Notes under the pieces: model-generated
The model's input: only the letters and a program-made list of their open reading frames with translations
Databases searched by the model: none
What the model was told of the DNA's origin: nothing
Position numbers and translations under genes: made by a program
Shown: piece by piece, positions 9,353 through 17,439 of the stretch
How the letters are laid out: each line of letters opens with the position of its first letter
How positions within the stretch are numbered: position 1 is the first letter of the stretch
From: Gemmata obscuriglobus
GTDB lineage: Bacteria > Planctomycetota > Planctomycetia > Gemmatales > Gemmataceae
Direction: 5' to 3'
DNA: 32,000 nt
Assembly: GCF_008065095.1 (NCBI RefSeq)
Contig: NZ_CP042911.1
Coordinates: forward strand, 4,200,001-4,232,000

Positions 9353-9711
9353 GCCTCCCATCCGGTCGTCCGGATGCGACTCACGGACCTGTGGGGGTGC
9401 CTCGACCAAGGTGCGGACCGCGAATCCGTTTGCACATGGCGGCGCGGCTGCCCCGTGAACATCTACCCGCTCTTGGAGGCCGACCAAGAAGACACCGGGA
9501 CCGGCTCCGCGGACCGAGATGTCAAGGTGTGGGCCAATCACGAGCGCGCCGAGCAGTCGTGGTCCGCTGCGTGCATCGCGTGCGGGCGCCGCGCGGCCGG
9601 GCTGGAGGGGTGAGCGTGGGCCTTGGCGCCACGCGTAAATGACCGTCGTTGCCATTGACCAGTGAGGGCCGGACCATCATTGTGGAGTTGTTAACGGCCC
9701 TCACGGAGGCG

Positions 9712-10326
9712 ATGATGAAGTATCTGTTCCCCTTCCTGTTCCTCGCCTGCTACGGCCCGAGCGCCTCGGCGGCACTCATTCCGTACTAGCGCATGGACTC
9801 GCTTGCGTTCCTTGCCTCGGACATCGTGCTCTGCGACGAGGTCAAGGCGGATGTCGGCCAGTCGACGTTCGCGGTGGTGGAGGTGTTCAAGGGGGACTGC
9901 AAGCCCAAGCAGCAACTGACCGTCGAGGTCGACTCTAGTTACACTCGGCAGGTGGTCCCGCAAGTGCTTCAGAAGGATAGAAATGCTGCGGAGAAGGTTC
10001 CGCTGGGGCGAGTGTTGCTGTTCTTGAAGAGGGCGAAGGCGATTGGCGCGGTTGGCGAAGTGTGGCGCACGGTGCTCGGCGGCGTGAAGCTGGTGGTCAA
10101 AGGCGAGGTCTACTGCTACGGCCAGTTCCGCGGGAACCCGGGGGCACTGTATCTGGCCCGCATGGCCCCCGAGAACATCAAGGTGCCGGACGCGACCCCG
10201 TACGACGAGAAGTTGCTCGTCGAGGACCTCAAGGCGGCGCTGAAGAAAGCTGAGGGGCTGAAGGAGCCGGAGTTCAAGGACCCCTTGGCGGAAGGAATTG
10301 TCCGACCGGCCCCCCAGGACAAGTGA
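9712..10326 (+). pseudogene. Hypothetical secreted protein interrupted by an in-frame TAG at 9787-9789
   Basis: GGAGG lies 3 nt upstream of ATG 9712. The ORF encodes MMKYLFPFLFLACYGPSASAALIPY, then TAG, then continues in the same frame through ATG 9793 for 177 aa (9793-10326). I recognise no family for the body. Confidence 0.55.
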
Positions 10327-10433
10327 CCGGTGGCGGACTATCGAGAGCGGCATCCGCTGTTGAGCAGGAGGGGGACATCGGGTTGTGTCCCGAATCCACC
10401 CTCTCCTGCTCAGGGAACCGCTCGGCACCGGAC

Positions 10434-11051
10434 TCACATCACCACGCCGGTGCGGGTCGTCGAAAGCCGGTGATGACCGCGGAGCCGGAACGCCAGCGTC
10501 ATCAGGGTGATGCCGAACAGCATCGCGTACGTGCCGACCAGCCACGCCACCACGAGAGCCCCGGCGGCCGGAACGAATATCACGCCGAGACCGAGGGCGA
10601 TGGACAGCGCCCCCGCGAGGCCCAGAGCCCACTCACCCTCGATTTCCTTGCGCAGGTGGACGGCCGCGACGATTTCGAGCACCCCAGTGAATACTGCCCA
10701 GAACCCGATGAGGTACAGCAGCACCACCCCGGTGACCTCGGGCCAGACCACGGTGAGAACCCCGGCGGCGACGCCGACCACGCCTTCCAAAGCCAGGGAC
10801 CACCACCGCGCACCGCGCTCGTGACCGGCCACCGCAGCAGCGATGGCGACCGCACCGTCGAGGAACGCGTACGTCGCGAACATCACGATGATGGTGGCCC
10901 AGGCCAACTCGGGCCACACGAACACGAGCGCCCCGAACAGCATCGCAAGTCCGCCCCGAAGGGCCAACAGCCACCAGTTTCGAGCCAGTCCGCGGTTCAT
11001 CGCCGTCTCCCCCAAGTTCACCGCACAGGTTCCGGTCGGATTAGGAAGCAA
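10434..11051 (-). CDS. HdeD-family (DUF308) membrane protein
   Basis: 205 aa with six hydrophobic segments. The repeated pattern WWLLALRGGLAMLFGALVFVWPE...LDGAVAI is typical of HdeD/DUF308. Confidence 0.7.
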   Translation of the reverse strand: MLPNPTGTCAVNLGETAMNRGLARNWWLLALRGGLAMLFGALVFVWPELAWATIIVMFATYAFLDGAVAIAAAVAGHERGARWWSLALEGVVGVAAGVLTVVWPEVTGVVLLYLIGFWAVFTGVLEIVAAVHLRKEIEGEWALGLAGALSIALGLGVIFVPAAGALVVAWLVGTYAMLFGITLMTLAFRLRGHHRLSTTRTGVVM

Positions 11052-11533
11052 AACGCGGACCGGTGTCCGTCGAGTACCGAAGAGGGGGCGGGATTAGGAG
11101 CAGAGAAGGTGTTCCGGACCTGATTCGTCAGCAGGAGGTGAAGGCTGGTAGCACCCGTTCCGTGGGCTCAGCCACCCTTACCGGTTCGCATCTCGTTCGA
11201 CGTGGCCGGTACGCCGGCGTGTCCCATGCGCTCGGCGCGAGGAGAATCGCCCTGGTGTTCGGTCTTGGGGCCGGTATCCGGTGTGAGTCGTGGTCCATTC
11301 GGTCGGACCGGGCGAACGGTCTCGTTCCCGGTGGCGAACAGGGCGTCAAGGGCAGTCGGTGATAGTATCATGTCGGTCTCACAGGCGCTCTCGGGCGCGT
11401 GGTTAAGTGCAACGCTGTGCTGTGTTGCGGTAGTGCAGGCGCAAAGTTGGCAAATCTTGGACCGGTAGGGGGTGGGGTCAGAACGCCGGTCGTTCCGGCG
11501 CCGATTATCGACTCATTCGCTCTGAACGCCGAG

Positions 11534-12032
11534 TTATTCGTCCAGGTCGTCGAACATCTCGTCCGGGTCCAGGCCCTCAAACGTCCTGTTCGGGCCTCGG
11601 CCCTCGAACTGGCGCTGGTCATCGAGCATGTCGCTGGCCGCTTGCAGGACGCGCTCTCGTCTTGGCTTCGGAACCGGCTCGCCGATACGCATCCGCAAGA
11701 AACCGGCTCGAAGGTCAAGCGGGATGTTTCGGTCGATGAGGTCGAGCAGTTCCTGGTTCGCGGTCGCGTCCGGGAGCAGCGTGCCGGCCCACATGGCCCT
11801 CTCCTGCTCCAACCCTGCAACCCTATCGACGCTGCAAGGGCTGGCGAGGTTCGCTCGGGCCTGACGGCGGCGGCACCACCTCTCGAACTTCGTGCAGGTC
11901 GAGCCATCCGGGTGCCCGGCGCCCCTGCCAAGAGCGTGCTGGTAGCACGTCTGGCATGGAGTATCCGTGCGGCATCCGAGTTCGTTGCGTCGGGCGTTCG
12001 ATAGCCGGTTGGCACAATGGGAGTAAACGAAG
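11534..12032 (-). pseudogene. 3' part of a sigma-region-2-like / Cys-rich phage regulatory gene, split by the ISL3-like element
   Basis: After removing the IS and one copy of the target duplication, the reading frame continues exactly from the 13526-13715 segment: ...NLEGFV|YSHCANRLSNARRN... It ends at 11534 with an acidic tail (DPDEMFDDLDE). Confidence 0.65.
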
Positions 12033-13525
12033 GACACTTCTCGCTGGACGCGACAGCGGGTACTGCGTTGCGGTGATTGATCTTGTGAAAGAGTCCAGCC
12101 GGTGCCTTTTTGGGGGTTACCACACCAACCCATCAAGGACACCGGCATGGACCGCGCTCATGTGCGCGTTGTGTCGAAGAGTTGTGCCCCGGAGACCTTC
12201 CCGTGCCCCCGGTGCGGAGAACGGGGACGGCGGAAAGGTACCCACACCCGCCGCGTTCGGGACATCGCCTACGGGGAAATCGTGTTCCTCGAGTTGACCG
12301 TTGGAGAATACCGCGCCACCTGTGCCTGTTGCAAGACCTTCCGCTCTCAGATCGAAGGGATCGAACCTCGAGCCGAGTACACCAACCGCGTTCGCGAGGC
12401 CGTCATCGACCGACTCCTCGAGGACGGCATGAGCGCCCATCGGCTCCAACAGGCGTTGCGTCGGGACTTCCTCCTGGATCTGTCCGACGGGTTCCTCTCG
12501 GACTGCCTGGACTGGAAGGTGCGCCAGACCGACATGCCCGGGTACCGCCAGTGGACGCTTGACAACTTCTCGGGCACCCTGTGCATCGACGAGCTGCACT
12601 TGGGCCACCGCACGCTCCTGTTGGCCACCGACCCGATCGGCGATTTCCCGGTGGCCTTCGCCGTGGTCTCGGCCAACGATCAGGCCCATATGCGTGGGTT
12701 CCTGAACAACCTGCGGAACCACGGGTTCTTGCCCCAAGTGGTCGTCACCGATGGCTCGAACCTGTACCCCACCGTGTTGGCGGACCTGTGGCCCCACGCC
12801 CGTCACCAGCTGTGCGTGTTCCATGTCCTCAAGGACATCAATACCCATGTCTTCGATGCCCTGCGACGGCTCCGACGCGCGCTCGCCCGAAAAGGGGGAC
12901 GGAAGCGACGTCGGGGCCGGCCGAGCAAGGCCCAGAAACAGGCCCGGGCACGCCGCGGGAAGACCAAGACGGAGCAAGGGCACTTCGTGTGGAAGCATCG
13001 GCACCTGATCGTGACCCGACCCGAACATCTGGATGGGCGACAACGCCGCTGGCTCAGCCAGATGTTCGGTTACCTGCCCGCGCTGCGGGCGCTCCGCGCG
13101 TTCGCGCTTCGGATCTATCGGCTGTTCGACCCCGAGCAAAGCCCTCATCAAGCGCGGTGCCGTCGGGCGGCTCTGGTCCGAGACGCACAGTACCAATCCG
13201 ATCCCGACCTGTCCTCGGCGTTGGAACTGCTGAGCGCCGAGAAGTTCGACAAGATGATGGCGTTCCTGCACAGCCCCCACGCTCGACGGGTTCGGACCAA
13301 TAACCACGTGGAGCGCACCAATCGGCGCCTCCGATACTTGGAAAAGGTGCGGTACAAATGGCGTCGGCGAAGGACCATCGTCCGGTTCATCGTCCTGGCC
13401 CTGGATCGCTGGCACCAACAACGCTTGACCCAAAAACAAACCGCGGTCACGCCGGATACACAGTCGAAGGGTGTGGAGACCAGAAAGCCGGCATCATGAA
13501 GTTGTCGCGTTCAGCGAGAAGTCTC
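12033..13525 (+). mobile_element. ISL3-like insertion sequence (1493 bp) with an intact 8-bp target-site duplication
   Basis: 23-bp inverted repeats: GACACTTCTCGCTGGACGCGACA (12033-12055) against the reverse complement of 13503-13525, GAGACTTCTCGCTGAACGCGACA (21/23 identical). Direct repeats of AAACGAAG lie at 12025-12032 and 13526-13533. An 8-bp duplication is the ISL3-family hallmark. Confidence 0.85.
12147..13499 (+). CDS. DDE transposase (ISL3-like) with an N-terminal zinc ribbon
   Basis: CPRCGERGRRKG...CACCKTF zinc ribbon. Candidate DDE residues lie in LCIDELHLG, VVVTDGSNLYP and TNNHVERTNRRLRYLEK. I chose the ATG at 12147 (MDRAHV). The ORF is open from 12102. Confidence 0.8.
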   Translation: MDRAHVRVVSKSCAPETFPCPRCGERGRRKGTHTRRVRDIAYGEIVFLELTVGEYRATCACCKTFRSQIEGIEPRAEYTNRVREAVIDRLLEDGMSAHRLQQALRRDFLLDLSDGFLSDCLDWKVRQTDMPGYRQWTLDNFSGTLCIDELHLGHRTLLLATDPIGDFPVAFAVVSANDQAHMRGFLNNLRNHGFLPQVVVTDGSNLYPTVLADLWPHARHQLCVFHVLKDINTHVFDALRRLRRALARKGGRKRRRGRPSKAQKQARARRGKTKTEQGHFVWKHRHLIVTRPEHLDGRQRRWLSQMFGYLPALRALRAFALRIYRLFDPEQSPHQARCRRAALVRDAQYQSDPDLSSALELLSAEKFDKMMAFLHSPHARRVRTNNHVERTNRRLRYLEKVRYKWRRRRTIVRFIVLALDRWHQQRLTQKQTAVTPDTQSKGVETRKPAS

Positions 13526-13715
13526 AAACGAAGCCTTCGAGATTCCCCTTCACCGGGTCATACCGCGGCAGCGCCTCCAAGGCGTACACCGCGACCATCT
13601 GGGTGATGTCGTCCGCGTCGTGCATTCCAAACTGAAACTTCGCGGCCAGAACCCTGGCGACGTGAGCGACTGCCGCGAGGAACTCGGCCTCGGGGATTCC
13701 GTGGGGCCAGTTCAA
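13526..13715 (-). pseudogene. 5' part of the sigma-region-2-like gene split by the ISL3-like element
   Basis: MNWPHG...HDADDITQMVAVYALEALPRYDPVKGNLEGFV resembles sigma-70 region 2.1-2.3. The ORF runs into the IS end and stops 2 nt inside it. Its ATG overlaps the upstream gene's stop (ATGA, 13712-13715). Confidence 0.65.
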
Positions 13716-13969
13716 ACTCGGGACCCCGGCTCGGTCGAGAACGCCGCCACGGTGTCGAGGTGGGCCTGCGAGGGCACGTCCTCATCAGACGGGGCGCCGG
13801 AACCAACACACAAGATGTCGGGGGCGGTCTCGGCCGAGTAGCCGAACGTCACGGCGATGGTCTGCGTCAGGTCGCTGGTCGGTGCCGGCAGGGTCACCAG
13901 GATGTTCCCGTCGGCATCGTAAAACGAGTACGTGGTCGAGTCGTACCTGAAGAAGGTCGGTTTCGGCAT
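13712..13969 (-). CDS. Hypothetical 85-aa protein in the phage-remnant module
   Basis: ATG at 13969 with GGAG 6 nt upstream. Its stop overlaps the start of the downstream sigma-like gene, which indicates translational coupling. I recognise no family. Confidence 0.5.
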   Translation of the reverse strand: MPKPTFFRYDSTTYSFYDADGNILVTLPAPTSDLTQTIAVTFGYSAETAPDILCVGSGAPSDEDVPSQAHLDTVAAFSTEPGSRV

Positions 13970-14079
13970 GAAGTCTCCAGTGGGATTGCGCGCCGGCACC
14001 AACATCGTGGACTTGAGTGGCACTCGGTTTTGAAATGAAACCAGTTTTCGGCCGCTCTTTGTGTGGCCGGCCGGGAAAA

Positions 14080-14306
14080 TCACTCGACATGCTTCCAGCT
14101 GGTGCCGACGATTGCCTTGTACGCGGCCGACACCGACACCCCGTAGTCGCGTGCCAGCTGCGTGTAGGTCGCTCCTTCACGGGACCGTCGCCCTCGCGAA
14201 CGAGCGACGCCCAGGCCACCCGGGCCGTAGACCGAATCGTCGGTTCGAGCCCGGCCTCGCGTTCGGCCGTGAAAACCGTCATCGTCTGCATCACGCTCTC
14301 GTTCAT
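14080..14306 (-). pseudogene. Small HTH protein (phage-type, ...SWKHV C-terminus), frameshifted
   Basis: The start ATG at 14306 overlaps the upstream stop (TGATG) and reads MNESVMQTMTVFTAEREAGLEPTIRSTARVAWASLVREG. The HTH-like end, ATYTQLARDYGVSVSAAYKAIVGTSWKHVE, is in the -1 frame and ends at 14080. Neither frame alone gives a sensible protein. Confidence 0.5.
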
Positions 14307-15217
14307 CAGTTGAGGTGGACACCCGCATCGGGCATCTGTTCCTTGAACACGCGGGTCAACTGCTCCTTCACGCTGCTGGTGACCATCTGCTGAATCTCCG
14401 GCGTCAGCTTGGTCATCACCTCGGCGCCGTTAATCACCACGTTCACCTGATGCTGTCCCGTGATGGTCAGCGACTTCGGCATGTTGCTCAGGGCCTGCGT
14501 CAGCTGCTGGGCCGAGCCGGCGAACACGTTGAACGTCTGGGCCAGGGGCTGCGCCGCCTGACCGAATCCGCCCGCCTGCTGAACGAACTGGGCGAGCGTC
14601 GAAGACAAGTCGGTCACGGCCCTGACCGCCTCGCCCGAAAGCGCGACCGTGCCGCCGGACGAACCACTGGTGGCCTGGGCCTGCCCGCCGTTCGCGAGGT
14701 AGCTGACGTGGCCGACCGGACCGCCCTGATTGAACCGGGCCACGTTGTGAGCCCCAATCCGGGCAACCGCGGCCGTGTTGAGAACGAAGTCGCCCGGAGT
14801 GAGCAAGGAGGGCACGGTGTCACCCGTCCCCGCACCGCCCACGAACCCGCCCGACGCGAACTTGCGGACGTTCACCGTCTGCTGCCCGACCCGTGCGGCC
14901 GTGTACCGCTTCAGGGCCTCGTCGGTCCGCCACCGCTCGTCGAGCTGCCGGTCCTCGACCGAGCCGACCCGCCGCTCGATGCTCAGCTGGCCCTCGTCGC
15001 CCGGCCGGCGGATGCCGTCGAACGCGCCCGACTGGCGGTTGAAGTTGCGGGCCTGGGCCGCGAACACGAGGTTGCCGGCCGCAGTGTCCGCCGCCCCCTC
15101 CCGCATCAGCCGCTCGTACCGCTCGCGCCCGCCGTAGTTCGACCAGAGCTTGCGGATGGCCTCGGTCTGGCCGAGCCCGCCGTCCCGTCGGCGCTGCCGG
15201 CCCTGCTGCTTCTTCAC
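14306..15217 (-). pseudogene. Phage tail tape-measure protein, C-terminal fragment
   Basis: It is in the same frame as 15224-16048 and separated from it only by TAG (15224-15226) plus two codons. It carries a third copy of the GDTVPSLLTPGDFVL motif and a Gln/Ala-rich C-terminus typical of tape-measure proteins. Confidence 0.6.
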
Positions 15218-15223
15218 GCGGTC

Positions 15224-16048
15224 CTACGCCTGCCGCTGGGCCTCGTTCTGGGCGGCCCGGCTCCCCGAGTCCGCCGCGAACCGGTCGTAGTCGGCCATCC
15301 CGCCGTTGGCGAGGTAGTCCGGACCGCGGGCCTCGTTGATTTGGTGCAACAGGGCCGCGTTGACCGACGCGGACCGCGCATTAATCACGAACTCGCCCGG
15401 CGTCAGCATGGCCGTCACCGTGTCGGTCCCGACCGGCCGGAAGATGTCTCCGCCGTAGGCCCGCGTGGTGAACCGCTCCGGACGCTCGTTCATGCCGTTG
15501 TGCTTGTGGTAGCCGATGCGCTCGGCCGCCTGCTTCTTCACCACGAACTCGCCCGGCGTCAGGACCGCACGAACGGTGTCCGTGTTGCCCGAACCCGGTA
15601 CGGACCCGCCTTCCGAAAACCGGGTCGTTCCGGCGCCGGTCCTTGCTCCGGACACAATCGCACCCGGGGGAGCAACGAACGCGCGGGTGAACGCCCCGCC
15701 GATGGTGCCGAGGTTGGTGCCAATCTTGACCGCGGCGAGCGTGGTGAGCAGAGGGAGGAGCGGCCGGGCGTAATCCAACACCTTCGCGAACGAGCTGGCG
15801 ACCGAGAGCATCGTGTTGGCCAGGGCCATAAACGACTTGCTCTCGGTGATTTTCCGGAACAGCTCCAGGTACTCTTCCTTCAGCTTGCTAATCTTGTTCG
15901 AGAGCGACTCCTGCCGCTTCTCGGCCGCGAGCTGGAGACTGATGCCGCCCGCAACGGCAATGTTTTTGGCCTCTTCGGCGGTCTTGAACTCCTTCAGAAG
16001 GGGCACGACGCGCGAAATCTGCCGGTAGCCGCCGAGCTGTTCGACCAC
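15224..16048 (-). pseudogene. Phage tail tape-measure protein, middle fragment
   Basis: Coiled-coil segment (QESLSNKISKLKEEYLELFRKITE), a hydrophobic segment, and two copies of TDTV.A.LTPGEFV. The sensible translation extends upstream of the annotated start in this frame (LSQGLEGLRETDPRYSQVVEQLGGYRQ). Confidence 0.65.
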
Positions 16049-16602
16049 CTGCGAATAACGAGGGTCGGTCTCGCGGAGCCCTTCGAGGCCCTGCGACAGG
16101 CGACGTACGGCTCGTACGCCCCCACGAACTGGTCCGTCAGGTTCGTCTGGCCCAGCGCCCGCGCCTCTTCACGCGTGTACCGCAGGTTAATCCCGAGGTC
16201 ACCGAGGGCCTTCACCGTGTCGGCCCGCTGGAACCGCGTGAACACCGTGCGTAGGCCCGTGGCGATGCTGTCCGCCGATTCGCGCGTGGTCGCGCGAACG
16301 GACGTGAACAGCGCCATGAACTCGTTCAGGGCCTCCGACTCCGACTTCATGTCGCCGGCCGACAGCTTGAACGCGCCACCGGCCCGCTGGACTGCGGAGA
16401 TGATGTCGCTCGACTCGACGGCGAACTTGCCGGCCACGGCGTTCATCGACGACAGCGTGCTCTCGAACTGGCTGCTGCTCAGGCTGAACTGCCGGAACGA
16501 CGCGATGAGACCTTCCGTGGACTGCTTCATCGAATCGAAGATCGGCGCCAGGTCGGTCAGGGCCGCCAAGGGCGTCACCTGCGTACACGTCCGTCCCGGC
16601 AT
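15994..16602 (-). pseudogene. Phage tail tape-measure protein, TP901-type core fragment (N-terminus missing)
   Basis: AGKFAVESSDIISAVQRAGGAFKLSAGDMKSESEALNEFMALFTSVRATTRESADSIATGLRTVFTRFQR...ALGDLGINL matches the conserved tape-measure core. The frame loses sense after EPYVA (about 16096-16104), where the -1 frame takes over. Confidence 0.7.
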
Positions 16603-17353
16603 TGTCGACCGCGAGAGCGACCCGGCCCGACCGCCCCACCGAGTCGAGAAAGCCCGGCAGCGACAGTTCCAGCACACGCAGGTACTCGGCCCCGGTACAG
16701 TTAGCGGGGAGCGGCACCGGGCAGTCGATGCGGGCGCGGGCGCCGTGGTCGTAGCTCGGATAGATACGGGGGTTGTAGGCGTCGTACATTAACACCCGCG
16801 TGTCCGAGCGGAAGTGAAGGCTCACCCCGTTACCCTGGTGGGCGTCGAGGCCGATGTACGCCACCCGACCATCCGCCGCGAGCCGACCCTCGGTCCGCAA
16901 GCGGTGAATGAGGTAGGCCACGTCATTGAAAACGCAGAACCCTTCACCCCGGTCCGGCTTGGCGTGGTGGTAGCCGCCGGACAGGTTCACCGACAGTCCG
17001 TCGGTCAGCGCCGCGCGTCCGGCTACCAACGACCCGGCCACGGCCCAGCGCATGGGCCGGAGCACCGTCCACCTGACCGCCCAGGCCGGGAGACGGCGGA
17101 TGAACGGCAGCTCCAGTGCGGAAGCCAGCACTTTCGAGTCGCGGAGGCGGTCCAGGTACGCCGGGTCGTGAACGGCTGACAGGTCCGCGAAGGACGCGGG
17201 GCGCGGTACGCCCATCCAGGCCCGGTTCCGGAGTCGGCGCTCTTCGCGGCCGACCGCGTTCCAGGCCCGCCCGTACTTCCGCGAGTCGAACGGGTGAAGA
17301 CGTTCGAGGCCGAGGAACCCGATATTGTACCGACGGGTGTAGACCAACTTCAT
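16560..17353 (-). pseudogene. Histone deacetylase-family (HDAC/acetoin-utilisation-type) protein, 3'-truncated
   Basis: Starts MKLVYTRRYNIGFLGLERLHPFDSRKYGRAW and contains GGYHHAKPDRGEGFCVFNDVAYL, IGLDAHQGNG and NAGTDVYAGDALGG. Conserved sequence stops at about 16562. The expected C-terminal 50-60 aa (RD...GGGY region) are absent, and tape-measure sequence in another frame takes their place. Confidence 0.7.
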
Positions 17354-17439
17354 GTACTGCCCGCCAACTCGGCCGCGCTTCCCATTCCTCTGCCTGCTTA
17401 CACGTCTGCCGGCGGTCGAGCGGGACACCGGACTCGTGC

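Noticed and set aside
8729-9642. Plus-strand ORFs with a repeating peptide (VHPHERGEH / SPPRAWGTR / FTPTSVGNT), and minus-strand ORFs with FPTLVGVNR repeats.
   Set aside because: The periodic peptides are simply the CRISPR repeat translated in different frames. They are not repeat proteins.
9353-9711. Possible cas2 or cas1 remnant in the leader-side flank of the CRISPR array. Also a 10-bp inverted repeat, GTGAGGGCCG (9662-9671) / CGGCCCTCAC (9695-9704).
   Set aside because: No frame on either strand gives Cas1-like or Cas2-like sequence. The inverted repeat has a 23-nt loop and no T-tract, and I cannot assign it a role. It may be a weak structure in the 5' UTR of the 9712 gene.
9691-10632. 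A 313-aa minus-strand ORF spanning the region right of the CRISPR leader, where cas genes might be expected.
   Set aside because: It overlaps both the 9712-10326 gene (antisense) and the HdeD gene (out of frame). It is Arg-rich with no Cas-like motifs.
11052-11533. Small ORFs between HdeD and the split sigma-like gene: 11063-11362 (+), 11202-11468 (+), 11168-11371 (-) and 11368-12123 (-).
   Set aside because: They overlap one another and have no RBS or motifs. One ends right after a signal-peptide-like start (MSVSQALSGAWLSATLCCVAVVQA), which suggests another relic. I cannot pick a real gene here.
9787-15226. The two in-frame TAG codons (9787-9789 and 15224-15226) interpreted as evidence of amber recoding or suppression.
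   Set aside because: TAG is also the ordinary terminator of well-supported genes here (ECF sigma at 5065-5067, IS1 orfB at 7678-7680). No pyl genes or suppressor tRNA are visible. Both cases lie in a region full of other lesions, so nonsense mutation is the simpler explanation.
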